A program made the position numbers and the translations under genes. Below the pieces are notes generated by a model. That model was not told the origin of the DNA. It was given only the letters and a program-made list of their open reading frames with translations, and searched no databases. From Pecten maximus (Eukaryota), in assembly GCF_902652985.1 (NCBI RefSeq), contig NC_047018.1, positions 27,590,001-27,654,000 on the forward strand: 64,000 nt of DNA. The letters are read 5' to 3'. Shown piece after piece: positions 26,301-39,655 of the stretch. Positions within the stretch are counted from its first letter, which is position 1. Every line of letters starts with the position of its first letter.

Positions 26301-28920
26301 TGGGACACAAGGTAGATACTATAGATCGTGATACATTTACCGTGGGATACAAGGTAGATACTATAGATCGTGATACATTTACCGTGGGACACAAGGTAGA
26401 TACTATAGATCGTGATACATTAACCGTGGGACACAAGGTAGATACTATAGATCGTGATAAATTAACCGTGGGACACAAGGTAGATACTATAGATCGTGAT
26501 ACATTAACCGTGGGACACAAGGTAGATACTATAGATCGTGATACATTAACCGTGGGACACAAGGTAGATACTATAGATCGTGGTACATTAACCGTGGGAC
26601 ACAAGGTAGATACTATAGATCGTGATAAATTAACCGTGTGACACAAGGTAGATACTATAGATCGTGATAAATTAACCGTGTGACACAAGGTAGATACTAT
26701 AGATCGTGATACATTAACCGTGGGACACAAGGTAGATACTATAGATCGTGGTACATTAACCATGGGACACAAGGTAGATACTATAGATCGTGATAAATTA
26801 ACCGTGGGACACAAGGTAGATACTATAGATCGTGGTACATTAACCGTGGGACACAAGGTAGATACTATAGATCGTGGTACATTAACCGTGGGACACAAGA
26901 TAGATACTATAGATCGTGATACATTAACCGTGGGACACAAGGTAGATACTATAGATCGTGATACATTAACCGTGGGACACAAGGTAGATACTATAGATCG
27001 TGGTACATTAACCGTGGGACACAAGGTAGATACTATAGATCGTGATACATTAACCGTGGGACACAAGGTAGCTACTATAGATCGTGATACCTTAAACGTG
27101 GGACACAAGGTAGATACCATAGATCGTGATACATTAACAGTGGGACACAAGGTAGATACTATAGATCGTGATACATTAACAGCGGGACACAAGGTAGATA
27201 CTATAGATCGTGATACATTAACCGTGGGACACAAGGTAGATACTATAGATCGTGATACTTTAACCATGGGACACAAGGTAGATACTATAGATCGTGGTAC
27301 ATTAACCATGGGACACAAGGTAGATACTATAGATCGTGATAAATTAACCGTGGGACACAAGGTAGATACTATAGATCGTGATACCTTAAACGTGGGACAC
27401 AAGGTAGATACCATAGATCGTGATACATTAACAGTGGGACACAAGGTAGATACTATAGATCGTGATACATTAACAGCGGGACACAAGGTAGATACTATAG
27501 ATCGTGATACATTAACCGTGGGACACAAGGTAGATACTATAGATCGTGATACTTTAACCATGGGACACAAGGTAGATACTATAGATCGTGGTACATTAAC
27601 CATGGGACACAAGGTAGATACTATAGATCGTGATACATTAACCGTGGGACACAAGGTATAAACTATAGATCGTGATACATTTACCGTGAGACACAAGGTA
27701 GATACTATAGATCGTCTGATACATTAACCGTGGGACACAAGGTAGATAAATTGGATCGTGATACATTAACCGTGGGACACAAGGTAGATACTATAGATCG
27801 TGATACATTAACCGTGGGACACAAGGTAGATAACTATAGATCGTGATACATTAACCGTGGGACACAAGGTAGATACTATAGATCGTGATACATTAACCGT
27901 GGGACACAAGGTAGATACTATAGATCGTGATACATTAACCGTGGGACACAAGGTAGATACTATAGACCGTCTGATACATTAACCGTGGGACACAAGGTAG
28001 ATACTATAGATCGTGGTACATTAACCATGGGACACAAGGTAGATACTATAGATCGTGATACATTAACCGTGGGACACAAGGTAGATACTATAGATCGTGA
28101 TACATTAACCGTGGGACACAAGGTAGATACTATAGATCGTGATACATTAACCGTGGGACACAAGATAGATACTATAGATCGTGATACATTAACCGTGGGA
28201 CACAAGGTAGATACTATAGATCGTGATACATTAACCGTGGGACACAAGGTAGATACTATAGATCGTGATACATTAACCGTGGGACACAAGGTAGATACTA
28301 TAGATCGTGGTACGTTAACCATGGGACACAAGGTAGATACTATAGATCGTGATACATTAACCGTGGGACACAAGGTAGATACTATAGATCGTGATACATT
28401 AACAGTGGGACACAAGGTAGATACTATAGATCGTGATACATTAACCGTGGGACACAAGGTAGATACTATAGATCGTGATACATTAACCGTGGGACACAAG
28501 GTAGATACTATAGATCGTGATACATTAACCGTGGGACACAAGGTAGATACTATAGATCGTGGTACATTAACCGTGGGACACAAGGTAGATACTATAGATC
28601 GTGGTACATTAACCGTGGGACACAAGGTAGATACTATAGATCGTGGTACATTAACCGTGGGACACAAGGTAGATACTATAGATCGTGATACATTAACCGT
28701 GGGACACAAGGTAGATACTATAGATCGTGATACATCAACCGTGGGACACAAGGTAGATACTATAGATCGTGATACATTAACCGTGGGACACAAGGTAGAT
28801 ACTATAGTTCGGGATACATTAACCGTGGGACACAAGATAGATACTATAGATCGTGATACATTAACAGTGGGACACAAGATAGATACTATAGATCGTGAAA
28901 AATTAACTGTGGGACACAAA
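20393..28920. repeat. 42-bp satellite (ACCGTGGGACACAAGGTAGATACTATAGATCGTGATACATTA), ~200 copies, occasional 44-bp variants
   Basis: Visible units; source of all (GHKVDTIDRDTLTV)n and (CPTVNVSRSIVSTL)n ORFs. Confidence 0.98.
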
Positions 28921-29448
28921 AAAAATATGAAATAGATTTTAAATAATTGATTATGAGAATTTCCTTTTTTTAAAAAGGCCATAACTTCATAAAAAAAAAC
29001 CATTATCCTTCAATTTAATGGCAAGCCAAGCGTTAGTGAAAAAAGCCTGAAAAGCCTGTAAATTGTGATAACTACCTGTGCGGAAAGACCATAATCCAGA
29101 AAAAAAGTAATAAATAAAAAAAAAAAATTAAAAAAAATTAACATTGTCTTCAACTTCAATCATGTTATCTAATATGATAAAGCCACATCCCAAGTATGAT
29201 GTAGTAAGCGCAGCGAACAAAAAAAAAACCAAGAGTCCTGAAAGCAGGTAGATTACCCCGTGCCAATATTCCATTTTTTTGTTGGAGTTAGGGTCCTTTG
29301 CAATACGATATTCTCGTTATTAGTTCAAACTCGTTATGACAAAGCCATATCCTGAGTTACCAATTGATGTGGAAAACGATAATGAAAAAGAATTGATTAA
29401 TTATATATATATGCGAATTTACAATGTCCAAAGAGCCATACCTCAAAA

Positions 29449-29810
29449 AACAAGAGGCCCATGGGCCTTAACGGTCACCTGAGTTTTGATATATTTTAGC
29501 ATACTTGGCCCCTGTGACCTTGAATGAAGGTCAAGGTCATCCATTTGAACAAACTTGGTAACCCTTTGTCTCAGCATGTTACAGACTTATTATTGGGTCT
29601 CTGGGGATTTTGGTTATCAAGAAGAAGTCGTTTAAAGATTTTAGCATATTTGACCCCTGTGATCTTGAATGAAGTTCAAGGTCATCCATTTGAACAAACT
29701 TGGTATAGTAGTCCTTCATCCCAGCATGCTACAGACCCAATATCAGGTCGCTGGGAATGTTGGTAATTGAGAAGAAATTGAAAATGTAAATTGTTTACGA
29801 CGCACGACGC
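29449..29810 (+). mobile_element. Truncated Helentron/HINE (pearl-like) non-autonomous element
   Basis: Terminus AACAAGAGGCCCATGGGCCTTAACGGTCACCTGAG is the exact reverse complement of the end at 38422-38456; internal duplicated segment; GACGCAC microsatellite remnant. Confidence 0.7.
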
Positions 29811-29959
29811 AAGAATCTATAAAGCCACATACCAAGTAACAAATTGGTGTGTCAAACGGTAAGGAATAAAGTCCGGAAACTTGAGCGTGACTGACAACCC
29901 GGCGACGCGTGACGACGAGTGATCCACGAGTGTTCTGCGCGAGGACGGAGGGACCCTCA

Positions 29960-32710
29960 AAACTTCAGGATATTATCACCCCTCCATCCCAATGCTTCAG
30001 GACATTACCACACCTAATCACATACCAACTATACCATAATCGAAAGAAACTAGAATTAAATAATAACAATCAAATTAACTAAACAAATAACGATACCTCA
30101 CCCATCAGACATACCTCACACCAATACCATCTAGATTACACCCTACTTCAGAATCTCATCTAACACCTACATCAACCAATATAGACCTCAAATGTTAACT
30201 TCCCCACCCCAACAATCACACCCTATACCCAAAATGACTTACCACCTCCCCCCATGCAGGACATTCACCTTACCTACCTTCACCCCCTCATCAACCGTTC
30301 AACCCTCCACCTCATCCCTCACACCTCCACCCTCCACCCCTCCACCCCAATCTTCAGGAATTCACCCTCCACCCCACCCCCTCACCCTCCTTCACATCAC
30401 CACCCACTCACCAATCTTCAGATTCACCCCCTCCCCACTCCACCCACTAATGATTCAGGCTCACACTCCTCCTCCCCTCACCCCAATGCTTCAGGACATT
30501 CCACCCTCACCCCTCCACCACACCACCTCCACCCCCTGCTTCAGACCCATCCCCCCCTCCACCACCAACCTTCACACCCCCCCTCCACCAACTCAGGACC
30601 TACCACCCCCTCCACCCCAATGCTTCAGGACATCTCCACCCCTTCACCCCCTCCACCCCCTCCACCCCCTCCACCCCCTCCCCCTTCCACCCCTCCACCC
30701 CCTCCACCCCCTTCACCCCCTCCACCCCTTCCACCCCCTCCACCCACCAATGCTTCAGGACATTCCCACCCCTCACCCTTCCACCCCTCACACCCCACTC
30801 CTCTCCACCACCCACTCCACCCCAATGCTTCAAGATATCTCCACCCCCTCCACCCCCTCCACCCACTAATGATTCAGGACGTCACCACTCCCTCCACCCC
30901 CTCCACCCCAATGCTTCAGGACATCTCCACCCCTCCACCCCAATACTCAAGGACATCACCACCCCCTCCACTCCCCTCCACCCCAATGCTTCAGGACATT
31001 ACCACCCTCCACCCCCTCCACCCTCCCCTCCATCCCCTCCACCCCAATGCTTCAGGACATCTCCACCCCTCCACCCCTCACCCACCCCCTCCACTCCAAT
31101 GCTTCAGGACATTACCACCCCCTCCACCCACTCACCCCTACCACCCCTCCACCCCAATACTCAGGACATTACCACCCCTCCACCCCTCCATCTCAAGGCA
31201 TCAAGACATTCCACCAACCCCCTCCACTCCCAATACTCAGCATACCACCCCCCTCCACTCCAATGCTTCAGGACATTCACCACCCCCCTTCAACCCCTCC
31301 CACCCAATCCCACGACCACCACCCCCCACCCAATGCTATCAGACCATCAACACCACCCCCCCTCCACCCATCTTCAGACATACCCCCCACCCCACCCCTC
31401 CACCCCAATACTCAAGGACATTACCACCCCCTCCACTCCAATGCTTCAGGACATTACCACCCCCTCCACTCCAATGCTTCAGGACATTACCAACCCACCC
31501 ACCACCCCCTCCACTCCAATGCTTCAGGACATTACCACACCCTCCACACCCTCCACTACTCCAATACTCAGGACATTACCACCCCTCCACTCCAATGCTT
31601 CAGGGCATAACCATTCCTCCAACCCCTCCTCCCACAAGCTTCCACACCCTCCACCACCCCAATGCTTCAGGACATTACCAACCCCTCAACCTCCACCACC
31701 CCTCCACCCAATGCTTCAGGACCTCACCCCCTCCCCCCCCCCCCCCCGCCCACACCCTCATCCCCCTAAAAAACCCAAAAAACTTCAGGACATTACCACC
31801 CCCTCCACCCCAATGCTTCAGGACATCTCCACCCCTTCACCCCCTCCACCCCCTCCACCCCTTCCACCCACCAATGCTTTAGGACATCTCCACCCCCTCC
31901 ACCCCCTCCTACCACCCCTCCACCCAATCATCCTCCAGACACCCCCCCCCCCCCCCCTCCCCCCTCACAACCACACCCCTCCACCCACTAATGATTCAGG
32001 ACGTCACACACTCCCCTCCCACCCCCTCCACCCCAATGCTTCAGGACATCTCCACCCCTCCACTCCCTCCTCTCCACCTCCTCCACCTCAATGCTTCAGG
32101 ACATCACCACCCCCTTCACCCCCTCCACTCACCAATGCTTCAGGACATCACCTACCCCTCCACTCCAATGCTTCAGGACATCCCCCCCCCCCCTCCACCC
32201 CTCCCTTCCACCCCTCCCCTCCACCTCAATGCTTCAGGACATCACCAACCCCTCCACCCCCTCCACCCCCTCCACCCTCTCCACCCCCTCCGACATCTCA
32301 ATGCTTCAGGACATCACCACCCCCTCCACCCCCTCCCACCCCCTCCACCTCAATGCTTCAGGACATCACCACCCCCTCCACCTCAATGCTTCAGGACATC
32401 ACCACCCCCTCCACCTCAATGCTTCAGGACATCACCACCCCCTCCACCTCAATGCTTCAGGACATCACCACCCCCTCCACCTCAATGCTTCAGGACACTA
32501 CCACTCCCAATACTTAACGGCATTACCAACCCCTTCAACCCCTCCACTTACCAATTTTTCTGGGCACTACCATCCACCCGACCCACCCACCCCCTCCATT
32601 CCCAATACTTCAGGGCATTACCATCCACTCGACCCACCCACCCCCTCCATCCCTCCACCCCCTCCATTCCCAATACTTCAGGGCATTTCCACCCCATCCA
32701 CCCTCCACTA
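29960..32710. repeat. Degenerate C-rich minisatellite, ~33-bp core TCCACC(C/T)CAATGCTTCAGGACATCACCACCCCC with CCCCTCCA sub-repeats
   Basis: AATGCTTCAGGACAT recurs dozens of times; regular at 32340-32490, irregular elsewhere; source of the Pro/His-rich ORFs. Confidence 0.92.
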
Positions 32711-34607
32711 CGGACAGACACCAAATAACCTTGAATTAAACACTCTGTTACTAGATTTACATAACTTTGATATAGCCTGATGTTCAATCCAATTGATGCC
32801 TATCAATAAAGTATGCTGAAATGAAATTAGATTGAAAAAAAATTTCTGGTAGATAATTTGAAAATCATGACGAAGAAGGCTTAAGGCTGTTGATCGAGGG
32901 CTTTCATCGTGCTTGAAGGGACACAACTCCAAGTAACTTCACGCGACTATTTGTGAGTTGGCTATAAGCGTTAGATAAGGTTAAATCAGAGCCGATATTG
33001 AACGGATATATATGGTATAGTTGGAAGTACGTTAATCTACGTTCAAAATGGCGATCATGCCGTAGTTATCTTTTGAACATGACCAGAAAAAAAATCCCCT
33101 TCACGGCTCTCCCAACGTAACTACGGCAAGCTACAGCAGTAAGTACGTCAAAGAACGTTAAGGTGCGTTAAATTACACTGAATTAGGTTATTCTAAGTAC
33201 GTGATTAAATGCATCTGTGACCTAGACTTGAGTATTGACAATGCCAATAAACCAGTTATAATGCTTCATATATATGTATTACATATTTAAATGAAAGTAA
33301 GCACATACTGTAACAAGTCCCCTACCTCATTCATTACCTGATGAACAATATATTTATGTAAATCAAAACGTAACACATATACTTAGATTGTCTGACTCAG
33401 TCTCTAGTAAAAGAAAAAAGTGAAAGTGAAATATATTTGGTATTACTTGAGATGCTGTTGGATATTCTGTTTATTTTATTTTATAGCAAAATCTACTGGG
33501 CAGCTTTAAAGTTCTCCCATTTTAAATTTTTCAACAATAAGATTGATATTATCAGAAAAATGGATAGTTTTCATAGTTAGAAATATCACTTTTGTAGAAT
33601 AAATAATTTTCGATATTTCGCCGAAAAAAAAATGTAATAAATAAATGTATTTTACGGTGCAAAGATATTGTTGCGTTATGACAAGCCAATTTGTCATTTA
33701 TTCATTAAGAAATGTTGATTCAGATCTTAACCAAATTAGATATCTTAAATCTGAAGAAAATTGAAAGAGATGTCTAAATATCTTATATGATAAATAAGAT
33801 ATAAATAAAAGTGACTTGAAAATTGTAGTGATGCCTATTACCTGTGTGCTGAGATTTCCCAAAAAGACAATAAACCTTTTTTAACCAATCCAATTAAAAT
33901 CTAGATCCTCATTCAGGAAACATCCTATGTCTCTCTTATATCTATAAATTATAATAAATATTCAATACCTTGAAAGTTATTATAATGAAATTTCGCCTGA
34001 GTTAGTATCTCGATAAAAAAATCCAGAAATTTCGAGATGCTAACTTAAAACATAGAACTCGAACTTTTGAGATGAAATGACAGGCTGTAATTAAATACAC
34101 TTCCGTAATCGTAGGAGGTGTCCACGTATCGGATATTCTTCATTTCTCTTTTTATATAAGTCGACGACAGAGGAGATTTGTTTTTATCGATTTCATTTTT
34201 CTTTTTTAGGGCTGGTTGACTTGACATTCGTTAAAACGTAGTATATACCCTATTTGTTTTTAATTCGTTCTAGTGACTGTGAATAGTTCTTATTTTAATG
34301 AAAATCCATAGAATCAGGAACTTTTATATAACTATAAGTTTGAAATTATAAAGGAATTGGAACTGTTTTCACAATTTATTGATTTTATTTATTGTTATAA
34401 TCATATTTCGGAGTCCGGTATAGAGGATCAAAATGTCCTGCACTGGTATAAAATTTATCTTATCTTATAACTTTAAAGAATTAAAGGGTAAAAACAGAGT
34501 TAGGAACTTTATTTTATTAAATTCTGCGGTACATTCTTATTAGCCAGGGGCGGTAGAGATGTATGCCAATATGTATGGCGCGGGAAGGATGTTATAATCA
34601 AATATGT

Positions 34608-34770
34608 TTGCCTAGTCAAAAATAAAATATTGCCTAGGCAAAATTATTTCTGCCTATGCAAAAGTCGAATATTGCTTACGCAAAAATATTTCTGCTTATG
34701 CAATATTCGATTAAAATAATTTTGTTTCGATTACTGCCTAGGCAAAAATCGAATTTTGCCAAGGCAAAAT
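34608..34770. repeat. Cluster of short self-complementary TTGCCTAGGCAAAA-like motifs
   Basis: About 7 variants (TGCCTAGGCA, TGCCTATGCA, TGCTTACGCA) spaced ~21-24 nt apart. Confidence 0.6.
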
Positions 34771-35123
34771 TATTTATAATATATAATTATATATTATGAA
34801 AAATAGCCAGAAATGCCTATGTAAAGACTACCACTTATGTCTCTGTAATTGGAGTAAAAATTAGTTAGCATTGGACTTATCCAAGAGGTCAGAGCTAGAC
34901 AAGATCGCAGACGGGGAGTTTTTTGTTTTTGTAATGGCCGACTTTCAGAGCTTTAAAAGCCTCACTCAGATACATAAACAGTGATCGGTACTTATGATGA
35001 CGATAAGACGCAAACCACATTGGTACCATGCTGTCGATCATAAATCCAAAACTATCATATATAATAATGTTCACCTGTCTGCTCCGTACAAAAGTGTTTG
35101 TGGGGGTGTTACCTCCCTTGAGG

Positions 35124-35176
35124 TGACGTCATCAACTAGCATTGCCAATGGCGTCACAGAGAAAGACAAGGTAGGT
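35124..35176 (+). promoter_or_regulatory. Candidate promoter/first exon of the zinc-finger gene: CRE (TGACGTCA 35124-35131), YY1-like CAATGGCG, donor AAG|GTAGGT at 35170/35171
   Basis: Motifs read directly in a locally CpG-richer patch; a second AATGGCGG at ~35346. The link to the acceptor at 39633 is inference. Confidence 0.45.
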
Positions 35177-37031
35177 GTAGTCTGAGTTGACCATTTTTCT
35201 CGCGAGATTATCTATCTAATTCCGACAAATGAGTAGCTGAGATCAAATAAGTGACCCATCGGATGAAATTTGAGCGATCGTCCGACTGTATTTATGCAGG
35301 ATTTATTGGCAAACAAAACAGAAATACGTGGGCTGCCGCCGACACAATGGCGGGAGTGCTTGCATGGCTGTATGAGTGTAGGTGTCGAACCCACTGGTGT
35401 GATAAACTTAACACTGTCAAAAGTGTAATTAAACACAGTTGATTAGATGTCGAGTTATTATAAGTTGGTAGACATCTATTGTCCTATGTCATTTAGCATT
35501 AGGCTGTGGAATCGAACGCGAACTGCAGTGAGTGTTTGAGGTATTCACATTGTCGAGTTATCGATTGGCACTGCAAGGCTGTGGTCGGCAGGGTTGTGCG
35601 CAGACAGGGTTCAAACCTCGCTCTACATTATAGACAGCAAGGCCATCAATATAGCATTAAGATATTTTCCTTTGTGTAAAATAAGCCTAGCAATTACGTT
35701 TTAATTTATATATCGTAAATTTAATTCCAGGATTCGAGCTAATGTGCTGTTTTTCCTAAGTTATAAATAGAATAACAACACAAGTGTGCCCCATTGTGGG
35801 GGGCCATAAAGAGGGTTTTTCATGACGGAGGTGTGTGTGTGTATGTGTGTAAAAAAGCAATTTGTCGTACAGCAGGCCTCTAAAACAAATGTCATGCACT
35901 ATATTATGTGTTCTATTTAAAAACAAAAACAAAAACAAATAAAACAGCTTCAATGTATAAATGGACATTTCTTTATCCACCCTGGTAAGTGTCTATATTC
36001 TAAGCCTGAGCCAGAGGGAATAATTAATTGAAATTCACTTCAGTGTTTAAAATTTTAGAAAATTCTAATGTGTGATGTAACACAGACTGTAAAATTCAGC
36101 GAATTGATATATACATGTAATGGCATTATATGGTCATTATGATTAATTTTGTAATATTCACACGTAGGAATTAAAATTAAAATAGATATGAAATATTTTG
36201 CTTTATATTATATTGTTTTATTTTGATAAAATCAATAGCTTTAAAAGAATTTCTTACATGAAGGCGAAAACTTGAATTATTCATTTAAAATAAGTAATTA
36301 AAATTAAAATATTACCATGTCTACTAATTGTCTTAGAATTCATTATATTGTACAAAGTGAGAACATGGTACAAGGCATGAATATGTCGACATTCTCTATT
36401 TTATTTTGATTCAGTTAAATACTGCATGGGTCACACAGAAATTGAAGTAAAAGTATTGTACTCGAATTTGAGGTTAAATTGATGAAAAAAGTACTTGAAT
36501 TTCATATAAAATAGTTAAAATAACAAAAATTTTGTGCTTAATTTGTGTATGGAAATTAATCAAAAAGAACTTGAATTTTATTGGCAGATTTATTTGAAAT
36601 AAAGTCAATGACATTTCTGCTGAATTATATTTGGTCCCATAAATATAAGACGTTAACCAATGCTGCAATCATAGAACTAGTTCGCAACATTTTTGCTGTG
36701 AATGTTGTCCAAACAAGTTGTCCCCTTTTTTACTAAAATTTAGTCCATCTTCCAATCACCCTTACCTTCATCCGAAGCCCATCCGTAAACACTCCTTATT
36801 ATTGATATTTCTTGAGAAGTACCAGAATGCGAAGGAAAGTTGGCCATCTTTGATTTTTACGGTTGAAAATTCACTATTTCTTGGAAAACTGGGAAGATAT
36901 TTCTGAAACTTCAAAAGTAGATTCCCTTTGTCTCTAGTTGTGCCCTTTACATTTCGAGTCTGACCGAAAAAATGGCCAAATTCAATTAAAAGCAGTTATT
37001 TTTTATTTTGAAAGTTGCAGGTTTTTATTGC

Positions 37032-37370
37032 TTTTTTAGGTCACCTCAGACGAAGTCTCAGTTGATCTATTGTGATCGCCTTTTGTCCGGTGTTGTGCGT
37101 CTTCAGTCGTAAACAATTTACATTTTCAACTTCTTCTCAATTACCAACAGGCCCAGAGATCTGATATTGGATCTGTAGCATGCAAGGATGAAGGGCTACC
37201 AAGTTTGTTCAAGGGGATGACATTGACTATAAGGTCACAGGGGTCAAATATTCTAAAATCCTTAAACGACTTCTTGATAACCAAAAGGCTCAGAGACCAA
37301 ATATTAGGTCTTTAGCATGCTGAGGTGAAGGGCTACAAAGTTTGTATAAATTGATGACCTTGACCTTATG
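37032..37370 (-). mobile_element. Truncated HINE/pearl-like element (same family as 29449 copy)
   Basis: TTTTAGGTCACCTCAGACGAAGTCTCAGTTGATCTA terminal hairpin; body is the reverse complement of the 29490-29800 repeat. Confidence 0.65.
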
Positions 37371-37544
37371 GCACAGAGGGAGCTGTTCATAAATAACCCT
37401 AGCTGTTGACAGGATGTCAAAACTAAAACCAAACCTAAATCTGGGATGATTATATAACCCTTTTACATCTATACTTCATAAATGGAGCTAAAAATATATT
37501 TAAGACTGACCTTGTTACCATGGAAACATACCCCTGGTATGTAT

Positions 37545-38456
37545 TTTTAGGTCACCTGAGACAAAGTCTCAAGTGACCTATTCTAATCGCCTTTTGTCCA
37601 TCGTCCGTCCGTAAACAATTTACATTTTCAACTTCTTCTCCAAAACCCCTACACCCAATTTAAGGAAATTTGGCACGAAGCTTCTATGGCTAAAGGTCAA
37701 CAAAATTATATGGTCCCCACCCCCCAAGGGCCTGAGGGGCGGGGCTAAAAAGGGTCAAATTGACTGAAATTTTTAAAATCTTCTTCTCTACTCTCAGATA
37801 TAATGGAATCAAATACTCTTCATAGATGGAATGGTCTTACCAAAATTGTGAATTTCATGACCCAGGGGTCTCACATGTGCCCCTGGGGAGGGGGTAAACT
37901 TTACTATTGTTTATATAGGGAAATCACATTTTTTACTTTTATTTGTTTGATTTCTATTGGAATTAATTCTAACTTGGTTAACATTATCAGCTTGTGATGG
38001 CAGTTTGATGGTATGCACATGTTGGCCCTGACTGAACCCCAGTGGCCTGAGAGGTGGGGCTAAAAAGGGTCAAATTGACTGAAATTTCAAAAATCTTCTT
38101 CTTTACTCTCAGATATGATGGAATCAAACACTTCATAGATGGAAAGGTCATATGGTGCTTTACTAAAACTATGAATTTCATGACCCTGGGGTCACAAGTT
38201 TGCCCCTGGGGAGGGGGGTAAATTTTACTGTAGTTTATATAGGGAAATCACATTTTTGACTATAATTTGTTTGATTTCTATTGGAATTCATTCTAACTTT
38301 GTTAACATAATCAGCATGGGATGACAGCTTAATGGTATGCACATGTTGGTCCTGACTGACCCCTAGGGGCTGATGAGTGGGGCCAAAAATGGTCATTTAA
38401 ATTAACTGAAATATTTCAAATCTCAGGTGACCGTTAAGGCCCATGGGCCTCTTGTT
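37545..38456 (-). mobile_element. Full-length HINE/pearl-like non-autonomous element
   Basis: Terminal hairpin AGGTCACCTGAGAC..GTCTCAAGTGACCT, (CGTC)n microsatellite, internal ~320-bp duplication, sub-TIR CTCAGGTGACC and AGGCCCATGGGCCT palindrome at the other end. Confidence 0.8.
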
Positions 38457-39655
38457 AGGGCTAGTGAAACTGGTGTTGGGGGGGGGGGGGGGGGGGGGGG
38501 GGGTTATGTTTCCTTTCTGTCTCTTTTACATATGTAACGCCAAGGTTTGTCAGTATTTCCTGCACATACTGGCCCTTTGAATCCTTGTTGGTTTTTTATT
38601 AAACTTCACACAATGGTAAAGGACCATGATATCTTGGACAAGTTCAAGTTTCAGGGTTTTGAGTCAAGGTGTCCATTACAATTAAAAAAAAAATCCTTGT
38701 CAGTGTTCTAACTTCATTCCTTGAGGAATTTTGATCAAACTTAAAAAAACTATAAAGAATCATATTTCGGACAACTTAAAAATTTCAGGGTTGTTGAGTC
38801 AAGGTCGCAATTACTATTTTTCAAAAATCCTTCGTCAGCTTTGCTTTAGCTATGCTCAGAATGCTTAAATTAAGAAATACAAGGTTTGTTTAAATAAACC
38901 TCTTTTTAGAGTGATGGAAATTGGTTTCCCTTTCAGAATCAATAATTGAAAACTCAAAATCAATCAATTAAAGGTTATAATCAGTTTTCTAAATTTAGCA
39001 CAGAATTTCCCTTTTGTAGAAAATTTATGTACATCTCAAGTACATTTATTACATGTCTTAGATTTTGTTATAAATAATTTTGATACTGAACATAAACAAA
39101 GCATTTAACGGTAGATATATTTATTTATATCTCTTTAATTGCTTGTTAATGACAAATCAACTACTTCTTGGTTCGGTAATATTACAAAGATACTTGTAGC
39201 CAAAAACACTTTAAGAAATTTCAAATTAAATTGCTTTTTCAAAATCAATTTTTTTCTGTTTCCTTTTTTTTTTATTACAAATTTTTTATCATTGACCAAC
39301 CTCTACTTTTAAGTGTCAATATGAAGTTGGTCCTCTTCAGACTGCCAAAATCATTGTTTGGGAAACTAATCTAACTCAAAATTTCATGTAAAAAAATAAT
39401 TTTAAGATGATGTACATGTATTATAATTTTCTGCAGGGTATAGGCAAGGATGTTGTGTCATTCTGCATTTTTAGACTAAGAAAATATCAACTATCCATTC
39501 TATTATAATTATTGAATTGAAATTGAATAAATTTGCAGTTTATCTTTTTAAAGGGAGTACTAGTATTTTAAATTTAAAAGTGTAAACTATTAAAACCCTT
39601 TTCATTGATCTATTTTATTTTGATATTTTTCAGGTGACCAACCATTGAAACCAAT

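Noticed and set aside
1066-28920. CRISPR-like appearance of 26-43-bp repeats
   Set aside because: Head-to-tail units with no unique spacers, no cas genes, eukaryotic context.
20385-29003. ORFs up to 865 aa on both strands
   Set aside because: Translations of the 42-bp satellite, broken by 2-bp insertions and stops; no unique domain or signal peptide.
30192-32787. Pro/His-rich extensin- or formin-like ORFs
   Set aside because: C-rich repeat depleted of stops in all frames; motifs hop between frames.
38478-38503. 26-nt poly-G run
   Set aside because: Simple homopolymer with no supporting context; length unreliable.
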